Shown in pieces: positions 52,701-63,788 of a stretch of DNA of 64,000 bases. The stretch lies in assembly GCF_964194025.1 (NCBI RefSeq), contig NC_134475.1:6820001-6884000 (forward strand). Direction: 5' to 3'. Each line of letters starts with the position of its first letter. Positions within the stretch are counted from its first letter, which is position 1. The translations under genes and the position numbers were made by a program. The stretch comes from Convolutriloba macropyga. Taxonomy: Eukaryota. The notes under the pieces are model-generated. The model searched no databases. It was not told the origin of the DNA and saw nothing but the letters and a program-made list of their open reading frames with translations.

Positions 52701-55700
52701 GGAGTTATCGAGGTTTAAATTTTTGCAAAGATTTGTTTAATTTGTTAGTTTTGCTGACATTTGCCGTTTTAATGCTCAAGTTAGCATAAAAATATGTTTA
52801 AATCGTTAACAATAGTAGTATTGGTTCCACGTAAAAGACAAAGGAGTGTTGCTGAACTGCTTCGTTCGAAATTTATAGAAAATTGTGGCTAATAATTTCA
52901 AATTTCAAAAAGTCAGCGGTTTTACATTAAAAATGCACCAATTATGCTTCTTTAGCAAACTGATTAATTTTGCCGGAAGTACAAACCTGAAACTGCGGAA
53001 AAAATTCTCAACTTCCAAACAAGGCTTGGTTCACTTCCGCTTGCTATGAGAGTTCTGGAATTGAAAATTTGCCGGTACAATTCTAATTAAACTCGAAATT
53101 ATCCAAAATTCAACATTTATTTTTTATATATTGACTTTTTTGTCCAAAAAAAATAACAATTGGAACAAGAACTTTACTTAAAGGATGCGCAGAAAAACCA
53201 AGGCTAGTTTTATTCTAATCGTGGTTTTTACAATAAAAAACTAATCGAAAGGTATAGGGCGCTGTCTTTTTTATGAATTTTGCCTGATTTTCGGTTTCCT
53301 TCATTTTAATTACCGAGATTTTATACGACAGGATCGATTCAAAGTATTTTTAAAAGATCTAAGTAAGTATTAAAAGATCTAATTTACGTGCAAATGAGAC
53401 CCAATGAACATATATTATATTTTCGGTTAAAGGTTCGTGGAATTTAAGGCTTCAACCATTTATTTGAGAAAACTTGTTTTTGAGTTTTTAGTTTGAGTGA
53501 GTTTTTGTCTGCTACTATTTTGCAATTGTCTATGTCTTGTAAAAACAGTGAATTTTTGAACTTTTGCAACTTTTTTATCTCTTTTCTGTCAACTTGTAGC
53601 TTATTCTAAACCAAGAGCTGCCATTTTTTCAGGAAATTAAAAATTAGTCGTCACTGCCTTTTTCTTTTAAGAAATGTTTTTTTTGTTTGCTTTTTCATAA
53701 ATTTTTTGGAGGGTTGTCAATTTTAGAGGTCTTTGTCTTGTCACAATAATAATTCAATGAAAAGTCACTTTAAATAATAGCGTTGAAAGAAGACGCAATT
53801 GAACATATCTATTGTTCTCAAAGAATAGATTATGGGTTTTCGAGGGCTTCGACACCTTTTTCTCGCAAACTTGTAACGAAATTTAAATTTTTCATATTAC
53901 TTGTGGTTCTTTTTGTAGTCGTATGATATAATCTGAATAATTACAGATCTCAATGATTCCCTAGGGAGGTGTAATAGAACTGTTTTAAATGAGCATCTTT
54001 TTAAACTTCGCCCCCTTTTTAATCTTATTTTGTCATCTTATGTAGTTTATTCTCATTAATCACAGACCACGTTCTTCCATTAAATTAAAATTTTCATCTA
54101 AACCAGACTTTTATGCTCTACGTAATGGTTTTCTGGCTTTGGTTCTAATAGGTTTCAAAAAAGACTTTAATTTTTGTTGTCTGTCTTGTAACATTAACAA
54201 AATGAAGACACGTCGCATCGGCATTGAACGCAGGCCCGGTTATGCATAAGTACTTTTTCATCATTAATAGCGCATAGTTTTAATGGACTTGACACGTAAT
54301 TTTATCAATTTATTTTTTTATTGTTGACAGTATTTGTCGTCCTTTTGTTGGACGCAATACATGTTCTGGAAAATGAAAGATGTCAATGGCTTCATGTGAG
54401 TTATAAATGGACCTATGTAATGGTTTCAGCTGATAGCTTATGGTTTTCAAGATGTTGAAATTATTTGGGTTTTATGTGATGCTTTACGTGATTTTGATCT
54501 TGTTATTTTCAAAAAAAGACCTAGAGTTTTTGTCGTAATTAATATTTGTTTCTGCCATTTGCTTTTGTTGTTTGTCTTGTCTCGTAGTCTCGTTAATGTC
54601 ATATTTTATCGGCCCTCTAAAGCGGCATTATTTATTTCCTTTACTTGTTTGAGTTTAAAACAATTATTTTATTCAAACGCTATTTATTTTCGAAAAGTAG
54701 ATTTTTGAAAGTTTTCTATCTCTTCCGCGTTTGGAAAACAATTAAGTGAAAAAGGAGAACATTATGGGGAACAATACGGGGTCGTAACATTATGCGCGAA
54801 CGCACATTACCGAGCTTCCTTGTTGATGCAGAGTTTTTATTTGAGCACCACAGCGATTCGATGTCATTGAGTTAACTATTCACGCTAAAAAGCAATGCCA
54901 AAAAAGTTCTAAAGCAACGAAGCAACCAGAATACGAACGACAACAACTAGCTGCTTTTCGAACAGCAGTCGCTCTAAATACTGCCAAAGCTCACAATTAT
55001 TTTCAGTTTAAACACTGAATAAAATCACACAATAGCACATGTAAAAACGGAGATGAATTGAGCGCTTTAGGAGCTAACGGAACAAATAAACTTAAAGTAA
55101 ACAAAAATAAATTAAGGATAGCATACAAATAGACGAACGAAGAGCATAATCACATACTTAGTCGAAAATTAATATTGCCAACTTTGCCAAATAGATGATC
55201 TTACAGTCAGTCCTTCAAGATTCTTTTGCTAAGGTTTTTACCACAAGCTAAAAATAGCAGAATAACCGCCTTTTCACTTTCTCCCGAATCATAATTTTAA
55301 AAATTTTGGTGGCACTGGGCCCTTGCTTCTTAACGTAGAATTTTTCTTAAATTTGGAAAACCCATTTTTTAAGAATTTGAACGTCCAATTTTCTGGCCTT
55401 TTATCAGTTAGCTGGTTTTCTATCTTGATAAGACCAAATTGGGTCAGCCAAGGCATACACAAACCTTTACAAAAACAAGAAATTTGAAGTTTCATAACAT
55501 TTTGAAACTTGGAAATTGAAATGAGTTAAACGCAAAATGATTTCGTAGCCACACAGCGTTTGCTAGATTTTTTAATACCCACTCGGAAAGATATTTAACT
55601 CAATTGCTGGAAAAATAAGACAACAAAAGAGCTATGCTAGTAAAACAGGGTCATGGTTGTGAGAGAACCTAAAATAAGTGTATACAAAAGGAAAGAGGGT

Positions 55701-56713
55701 CAAATCAGTAAAATGGGGGAGAAAAACAATAAATGATTTTCGACATATCATTGTCGAAATATGAATATGTTTACAGAACCAAATGGTTTCAGTTGTCTCT
55801 ATATTGTATACTACAACAGCTACAAGATAAACACTCTTTAACGAATCAAAATTTTGATTTCAGTGCCTTCTCGCTTCTCTTGTCTGGTATCGTATCTTTC
55901 TTATTGAGCATATCCAGAGGATATTTTTTGCTTTCTCTTTTTCAAATAATTTTCTGTTCCAGTTATTATCAAGAATTGCATCCGCATCAATTTCCGAAAT
56001 ATTATGCTAAGCAATTTCTGACATCATTTGTGAACAAGTTGAAGTTCACTGACAAAAAATCTCCGATAAAGGAAGTGAAGTAGACGAGACAGTAATTAGA
56101 AATAAAATGAAACCAGCCGCGCCTCAGAAAAACAGAATAAAGGCAAACTGAATTTTTCTAAAGATAGCCCCTGCTTTCAATAATGGGTCCGAAAAGTATA
56201 GAATTAAAAACTAGCAAATACAAATGATAGCGGTAATAAAAATAACTTTGCAGTAATAAAAAGCTGCAAACTGATAACAGAATCTGGCGATTAAGAAAGC
56301 CACTTGAACTCACATACCCAACGCAACAAGCCATAGATTCACCCCCAGAAAAGTTCACTTTATTAGCATTGCTGTCAAAAATGAATGCTTGAATTTTTCA
56401 AATAAAAAATTCAACCAAAAGACGGATAAAAATTTTTAACAAAATTGATCATAGGTTTTTAATCCAAACTCAAATTAAGAAACTTAGTTAAAACATAAGT
56501 TCAACTGCTGACACTTGTGAATGAGAGAGCAATTTAGATCACGCAAAACGAAAAAGTAAAGTGCGTAAAAGTCACTCAAAAAGTCGAAACGGTCCAGCGA
56601 AAAGTGTGCATAGAAAGACCACCAAGCTTAAAATAACTGCTTCAAATTTCGTTCGAGAGCAAATAAAAAACAAATTTTTTTTTAAAAATACACAGTACAG
56701 TAATTGACAATTG

Positions 56714-57247
56714 AAAACATACCCGGCAGATTGCCAGAAAATAGCCGCCGTTGATTCCATTAAGCATGATTGGGATTGAACGAATGGAATACATTGAAAA
56801 AAAAAAGATTTTTGTACAAAAATAATTTTCAAGTCCAATTTATTTTGATGGCATTTCGTAGTTGAACATACTTCTGTTTCTTAGAGAGAGGCTACAGGGG
56901 CTACTATCAACACCAATAAGCATTAGAGGTGGTAACTAAGACTTATAGGAACGACGTTCAAATAGCGGGCATCTAAAATTGGGCTTTATGGGTTTATCCC
57001 GTTTCTATTTCTGACTTCAATTTTTTATACCGACTCTGTTCATTTTGAATTGCTTTGCTTAGCAACTGATGTTCAAATTCACTTTTAAGAGAATGAGAGA
57101 AGAGAGAAACTAGCCTAGAGAAGTCAAAAAGATTTCACGCAAAATGTCGAAAAAGCGGCAAAATGGTAAAGCGAAAAAAAGTTTGACGAAGTAAAAAAAA
57201 AATACGAGCGCAATAATAGCCGGCTGAGAAGATGAGGGCGGCTATTA
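56714..57247 (-). mobile_element. HINE-like family H1, internally deleted copy
   Basis: Close match to the 29029 copy up to gacgaagtaaaaaa, then jumps to the terminal gagcgcaataatagccggctgagaagatgagggcggctatt. Confidence 0.78.
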
Positions 57248-57874
57248 ATAACAGCTAATGTTCTAAAGCTAATGTTCTCCGCCCTTTCTTTAGGTAAGAA
57301 CAACACAAATCAATTCATGTACCAAACCTATAGTGCTCTTCCTACTGTCATCGGGCCGGTCTTTTGATGAAAGCATTTTTCTTTTTTTTTTGCATGAATT
57401 TCAGATTACGTTAGAAACAAAAAATCTGTTTATCGTAATTAGCTTGGCAGTGTTATACTAAATTTTATTTAAGACGCTTCTGCAACAAATTTTGTCAAAA
57501 ACAGGGAAAATTCTGTCTTTAACTGAACTCCACTTATCGGGGTTAAAAAATTCAGTCGCGAAAAATATCAAGATTCAGCTTCAAAAAAATTGTTTATTTT
57601 CCAGTTTTCGAGTTCAAATAGAGACTTGGACATCATGTCTACCAAATTATAAAAGATCATTTTACCGAATGGGGCTCTAATCTATAAATTTAAAACATTA
57701 CAAATCTCGTCAAAATGAGTTTTCTTGTTTCATATATGATAGTCAAGTTTTAACAAATGTACCAACTTTATTGTACTTTTATAAAATATTGGGATTGTAG
57801 AAATAATTTTCAACCTCAGGCAAAGAGAATAATTGTTTCTCGACTCTGAGGTCAACATTTATTCTATATACACA

Positions 57875-57892
57875 TGGGCGCTAGATGGCACT
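57875..57892 (+). promoter_or_regulatory. CTCF-like motif in the 16.7-kb intron
   Basis: tgggcgctagatggcact resembles the CTCF core CC(A/G)CTAGATGGC(A/G)C; motif match only. Confidence 0.3.
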
Positions 57893-58920
57893 GCATTATC
57901 AAAACTACCACTGCTCTCACAAAAAAGGTGAACAAAAAAATCTTGTACCTAAGTAGTTGAAAATTTTCAAATGAAATCTAGATTTTTTAACCATTTTAAT
58001 GAATTCTTTGCCATGAGAACAATCGCAATCATGCTGTTATTTGAGGTTACTAAGAGGCTAAGTAGCGACTATTTGAACTGAGTGATTAAAATCATTACTC
58101 ATAACTACCACCTCTTTTTTACTCAATCATTCGCTTTTCTCTAATTATTGTTTTATTTATTGTTTTATTTATTTCAAACTCTTTTCTGGAAATCAACGTT
58201 TTCAACCTTGTTACCAGATTTACAACAAATTTGAAAAAAAATCCACAGTTTTTGCTCTAGCTTAACAACAACATGTTTTGTGTTTAAATTTCACTAAATT
58301 TTACATGGACAATATCAAATGGATTGATAATCAAGAAAAGTAATCAAAATTTGATAGAAATGGGCGAAAATTAGGGTTTCAAAATATTTGTTTCACAAAT
58401 CTTGTCACATTGTTGAGAAAAAATTCAACACGCGTTCTGACGAAAATGAGACTAAGTCAAAACATAGTTAACGGTCAACATACTTGACTTGTATATGCAG
58501 CACAATCAGACAAACTTAGTAAAATTTGGAATTTAAAATGCTCATCTATGACACAAAATTTTAACTCCCTTTCATTCATCACGATGAATGCTTTGTTTGT
58601 TATTTGACGGCTAGAAGATTGTGCGTGAACGCATATTAGCGATGCTACTGGTTATAATCATTGTTTTTTATAATTCTTCCACGGTACTCTGAATGTTTTA
58701 CTTTAATACTTCCAAAACAAATAAATATGCAGCCAAGAAGCCATTTTATGTTACAAAGCTCTAAGTTGAAAACTTTTCACGCTAATAAAAGAGTTTATAC
58801 GATTTCGCTTCTTGAAAACCTTGGCAAAAACAACCATCTAAAAAAAACGAAATAAAAATCAGACACACATTAGGGATGGAAAAACATTTATGCGTTCATT
58901 TATGCATCACGAGACACTGA

Positions 58921-59061
58921 TTACCATACACGGAAAGATTAAAAGTCATTGCACAATTGGATAAATTTTACCATACACGGAAAGATTAAAAGTCATAGTA
59001 CAATTGGATAAATTTTACCATACACGGAAAGATTAAAAGTCATAGTACAATTGGATAAATT
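58921..59061. repeat. 47-bp tandem repeat, three copies
   Basis: ttaccatacacggaaagattaaaagtcat(tgc/agt)acaattggataaatt repeated three times. Confidence 0.95.
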
Positions 59062-59109
59062 AAAAAAAATGGTATGAAGTTTTGAATCAAGGTTTACAGC
59101 AACCCCAAT

Positions 59110-59466
59110 AAACATAAACCGACTAATGTCGGAAGAACTGCTTTCGAACGACAGGCGGCTAGAAAAACATTTGCCCCCGCCGCGATTCGACCCACTGACC
59201 TCCCGCTCCATAACTAGATGCAGTAACCGCTCGCCTATCAGGCCCTTACTTTTGCTTTGCTGTAGCCGACTCTATATTAGCAACTTTACTTCGGATTGAG
59301 AGCAATAGAGATCACCCGAAAATGAAGAACGAAAGCGTGAAAAAGTCACTTGAGAAGTCAAACAATATTCCCGAAGAAAAGAGCATAAAGGTCAAGCGAA
59401 AGATTTGCATAAAAAAGACACAAACATTTACAATAATTGCTATGAACTTCGTTCAAGAGCAATTAA
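59110..59466 (-). mobile_element. HINE-like family H2 copy with tRNA-like insert at 59173-59245
   Basis: aaacataaaccgactaatgtcggaagaactgctttcgaacga start and taattgctatgaacttcgttcaagagcaattaa end; minus-strand TAGGCGAGCGG...GGGTCGAATC...TTTTT. Confidence 0.72.
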
Positions 59467-61224
59467 AAATGCATACTACTGTATGCTACCACAGCAACTG
59501 AAATTATCCCAAAACCATATAGGCAAAACACTCAACTAATTGAATATCTCTATCTGAAAGAAAATTCAGCAAAAAAGGAACTTAGAAACAGCTCAAAGTT
59601 TTTATTGTTGTTCAAAAAAATCAAACTCAAAATCGTATTCAAGTGTTTTTATTCCAATTCACGTTTTAATTATTAGAACGAGTCTTAACTTTGTATAACC
59701 AGCCCACCAACTCCGTCACTTTGTAAATTTTGCTACTGCTTCAAGTCAATCACAAAAAAATCTCAAAAAGGAATGGAACGATTTGTCATTATCACGATAG
59801 TATTTGTCTGATGAAGTATGGCCTTTTGCGTGGGTATATTGTGAGTCAATATGGGGTATTTAATTTAACTATAGACACCAGACTGTTACATTTTGTTAAC
59901 ATAACACTATCACATCACGCCACTGCATACAATATTGCACCATTTACTATCTTTTGCCCACTTTTCTTTATAGTCTATTTCACCACATTGACCTTTTTTC
60001 ACGCAGCATTCATTTCATTCGGGGCTATCACATTAACGACATACAGATTAGAACACAGTCCAATTGTCAAATTGTCAGACAAAATGGCGATGTGCAAAGA
60101 GCGGTTTTGCCGTTTAAAGCTTACAACCCCCCCCCCCCCCCCCCCCCCCCATAATCTCATTTAGACATTTATTGGGACAAAGTTAGTCAATATGGAAATA
60201 TACTAAGATACGCATGTCCTAAATTATTTCTAAAATGTGACGCATCATTGTAATTCGAATCTGTTTATCGTTATAGTGTGAGCTTTATGATCATGAAATA
60301 TCTCATAATCTCCAAATGTTTGATTTGTCTCGGGCTATATTGTCGATTAACAACCGATCGGCTAATTTGTATGTCGGCTGACAATAGGCCCACCACGATT
60401 CCATTCTTTTCCATAATAGCAACAGACTAACCTCATCTCACTCATCCACTATACCGAGTATACTCAAACGCACCGTAACTTGGTCCTTTTGGTACAAAAT
60501 GACCAAATTTGGGGGTCTTCATCATCGATTGTAGCTTCTATTTAGAGAAGCAGTGGGGGGGGGGGGTGTAATAGTTATAGACCAGATACAAGAACTCACG
60601 ACAACTAAGAGTTTTTTCACGTTTTATGTTAGTATTAATTAAAATCTTCAGAAATCTGGATGGAGCCTATGTAAACTAATTCGCATAATCATTTTCATCA
60701 CTTGGAAAGGTAGTTGTGACCGTGTATTGCGCAATTAGCCAATTTTTTTTTAAAAAAAACAAAATCAATACTCCAAGTTGTCGTTGGCTCTTGTTCACAC
60801 TCGACGTAGCAAAAATGTCGTTATTTGGGGAGGCGTTATTGGGGGTGTGTTTTACAGTGCGCGGACAATTGATCGAAAGGACAGTAATATATTGAGGGTG
60901 ATAAAATTAGGACTGCAAATGAAAAACAACATACGTTCAATTTGAATCGGTTCAAATTTAATACTTAGTTACGAGGTCACTAAAGCTATAAATAACATTT
61001 TCATATAAGCTTAGTTAGTCGTATCTCCGACACAAGTGTTGCAGTGTTGCAAAACTATGATATGATGTTAAAATTATCATCACTTCTGTTCTAACTCTCA
61101 ATCATTTAACTATGTTGCAGTGGATTAACTGTCGTCTTTCGATCAGTAGCCCGAATAGCACCAAGATTTCTGAGTTGACTACTGCTTACGAAGTAGCCCT
61201 AACAGGGTTGTGTTGTTTTCTTAC

Positions 61225-61311
61225 CTGTAAGAGGCAATACATTTCGAGGGCTGAGCCCACGTGTGGGCCCATTAGTATAAAGAGTAAGCCTCTAGCGAAG
61301 AAAGAGGTGAG
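61225..61311 (-). CDS. TMEM94: TMEM94 exon variant A (87 nt, phase 0-0): LTSFFARGLLFILMGPHVGSALEMYCLLQ
   Basis: Acceptor tcctctattttcag, donor CAG|gtaaga. Joins in frame to IYILIPLVPLLFP and matches the TMEM94 segment just before PILPLLFP. Not in the ORF track. Confidence 0.87.
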
Positions 61312-61370
61312 CTGAAAATAGAGGACAAAAGGTGAACAACGGCGGTGTCAAGGTCACAAGTGTCACTGAC

Positions 61371-61457
61371 CTGATGTAGCAAGTACATCTCTATTTGGTG
61401 TCCGACGTAGTGTCCCAACTTTATGAAGAGGACGCCGTTGATAAACAGACCGGTCAG
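61371..61457 (-). CDS. TMEM94: TMEM94 exon variant B (87 nt, phase 0-0): LTGLFINGVLFIKLGHYVGHQIEMYLLHQ
   Basis: Acceptor tgtgctttttag, donor CAG|gtcagt, open frame of 29 codons, paralogous to exon 61225-61311. Not in the ORF track. Confidence 0.85.
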
Positions 61458-61498
61458 CTAAAAAGCACAGTCACAACAAAACCAATACGCTTTTGCTT

Positions 61499-61583
61499 CC
61501 TCCTCCCTCCCTCCCTCCCTCCCTCCCTCCCTCCCTCCCTCCCTCCCTCCCTCCCTCCCCCCTCCCCCCCCCGCTCCCCTCCC
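61499..61583 (-). repeat. (GGGA)n tract on the transcribed strand, just upstream of the exon B acceptor
   Basis: Plus strand (ccct)n run followed by further C-runs. Confidence 0.95.
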
Positions 61584-62039
61584 GATCTTGTCGGCAGTTT
61601 AAGGTTTCCTAACATTACTTCTGTTACAACGTCGGGCGAATCGCTCTCAAACAACTGGCCAGCGGTTGGTTTTGTCCGTAACTAGCTACGGTTTAGGGAG
61701 GCTAGCTTTAGCTCAATAAGGGGGGGGGGGGTGAGAGCAATTAATCAGAGCACTCACGCACAGAGACAGATCGCCATTCTTGAAAGACGCAAGAGCAGGT
61801 TTTAAAATGCCAGATCTCTGCAGTGCTAGATTTTCTTATATACAGCGCGAAGTTTTCAAGTTCGCGTTTCAATTACAAAGTTCATGTTCCGAGCAAAGTT
61901 ACGCGAGACTGCTGAAGTTGCTTAAAACACCCACGTGCACATTTTAAAATGCCGAAAGTCTGCAGTGCCAGAAGTTAAAATGCCAGAAGTTGCTACTTAG
62001 CCAGAAGTTGAATTTCGTTGACTTTCGTCATTTTAAAAC

Positions 62040-63740
62040 GTGCGCGTTTCGTGTTTTAAGCATGGTTAAGTGACTCTGCAGAAGTCACTTCGAAATTCTG
62101 ACTTAATATCTCGAACAGATTTGCGGTTCTCAATAAACTCCAGAAGTTCTCAGTGACTTCAAGCTGAGTCACTCAACCATTACTTCTAAATTGTGACTCA
62201 ACACCTTGATTGGCTACGCGGTTCTCAAAGAATACCACAATTTTTAAGTGACTTCATCACAGTCACATCGCCTAATCATAAAAGTCCATATCATAATTAT
62301 AAATCCATATCATAGTATCATTTGGATCTATTCTGTCCCCCCCCCCCCCCCCCCCCAGCTTAGTGAGCATAAATCTTTTATGACACCTACGCGCACGTGC
62401 TATTTTCTTACATAGTAACGTGCTATATAACAACATGTAATTTGTAACTGGGGGGTCATAAAAACACTTGGGTGGGGGGGGGGGCGAAACAGAATAGATC
62501 CTATCATTTAAAGATCATTCCCCCCAAGTGATTAATAACTCATTTTGGGGAGGGGTCAGGGATAGGAATGTTAGGTTTCATTGTGTAGATTGTCACTGAC
62601 TCAAATGTTGTCAAAATTCAAGCTTGAGTTTACAGAAGTCGTTTAAAAAATGATACTTGATATAAATAGCTTGTCCAACTTCTCTCTTTCTCAGTTCGTT
62701 AATTGACCTATATGATACTATAAGATACTAATACTTGGATACTATAATAAATATATTGACATTTGGCCATTATTGTTGAGCCTTTGAAAATATTGAAAAC
62801 GAAGTTTCATTCCTAATAACAGCTAACAACTCCGTTATGCATATTGGAGCAAATTATAGTTGAGTTTATACCTTTGCAGAGTTCTAACATTAACATCAAT
62901 ACCTGATAAAAAATGATAAGCCATCGCGACTGTGAAAAGAAAAATCCTGTTTCAATTTGAAAAAAAATTGACCCTTTCCCATGACCATCTATTATATTAC
63001 AAGACCCGACCCATCACCAACTTCAAAGACGAAACAAAGATAAGCCGCAATTTTTTTTTATCAAATTTCCTTTTCCTTCACGCCCCTATTGACTAGAACC
63101 TAACTTGGAGAGGCCCACCATTAATTATCGCACTTAGGTTGTCACAAAAAGGGGTCTGCCCTAAAAGAGCAACATTCTGCTATTTCCCCTACATCAAAGG
63201 AGTTCAACGGTCAACTCCGACGGGGTTTTCTGTATTATTCTCTTTTGGAGAAACAAAAGAGAACTAAAAATCATATACCAGAGTGTTATGATAATGTCAA
63301 CTGATCATTTTTTTCCACGGCATATAACGTGACCTGTATCTCTATTTGTTTCGCTCCTTACAATTTCTTGATGATTTCACTCCAATTTTAATTCATTGTA
63401 TAATTAACACTCGAACTAAGAGATCTGTAGCGATAGGGTTAGAGATTAATAAGATTAGAAACTTGTAGGGTTTGGAAAAAAAAATGGGTGAAAAGTTTGC
63501 AGGGTGAAAAGAGATACTGTTAAATATAAGAATATTACTATTATATTACTGTTACTAGGAATATTACTGTTACTAATATATGAATGTTCAAATCACTCGG
63601 AGTGAAAATAAGAAGAGCAAACTTGACCACGTTTTAAAATTCTATTTAGGTCACGAGACTCTCCTTCAAGTCACTGAAAACTTCTGGCCTTTATTCAAAA
63701 CCGGTTCAAAATATCAGTCAGAATTGGAAGACACTTCTGG
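62040..63740. repeat. Inverted pair of related segments (about 62075-62170 and 63655-63740)
   Basis: cagaagt...aattctgact.atat...ccagaagtt.tcagtgactt.aag appears on opposite strands at the two positions. Confidence 0.6.
62324..62501 (-). mobile_element. GGATCT-MITE in reverse orientation with perfect 8-bp TSD tatcattt
   Basis: ggatctattctgt / acagaatagatcc; tatcattt on both flanks. Confidence 0.93.
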
Positions 63741-63788
63741 GATCTACTGTTTCGCCCCACTGTTTTTGTTTGTTATATAGCAGGTTTT

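Larger units (their letters stand above)
4360..61457 (-). other. TMEM94: Span of the multi-exon TMEM94 (KIAA0195/ERMA) orthologue; 5' exons lie beyond the window end
   Basis: Exon peptides carry TMEM94 hallmark motifs in the correct order: PLLFPVLW, GSTTIFSVVDKRGVLSWPNP, FDDERWQQHLPSLKPLGLNILL, CELSEAIGF, DFYTRASLSAYCTAFAYRP, QIFLGMV..QY, CIRFVHFS..ELRSRIFAEKLGLETGWNCHVSL, SNRAKLPRG..RPHL..DNVPLLVPLFTDCTPE and C-terminal KLQFGTKLGMNSPF*. All joins use GT-AG and are phase-compatible. Confidence 0.96.

Noticed and set aside
58921-59061. 47-bp repeat as a CRISPR-like array
   Set aside because: No unique spacers and a eukaryotic intronic context; it is a simple tandem repeat.
15683-59245. The three tRNA-like sequences as functional tRNA genes
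   Set aside because: Acceptor and anticodon stems do not pair convincingly and all three are embedded in a dispersed repeat.
61395-61685. Pro-rich (LPPS)n and Gly/Arg-rich (GGRE)n ORFs
   Set aside because: These are translations of the (CCCT)n microsatellite.
62591-62690. A 10-mer identical to the exon B donor region (tgtcactgac) as a sign of a third duplicated exon
   Set aside because: The adjacent sequence has no similarity to exons A or B and its frame ends in a stop codon at the putative donor.
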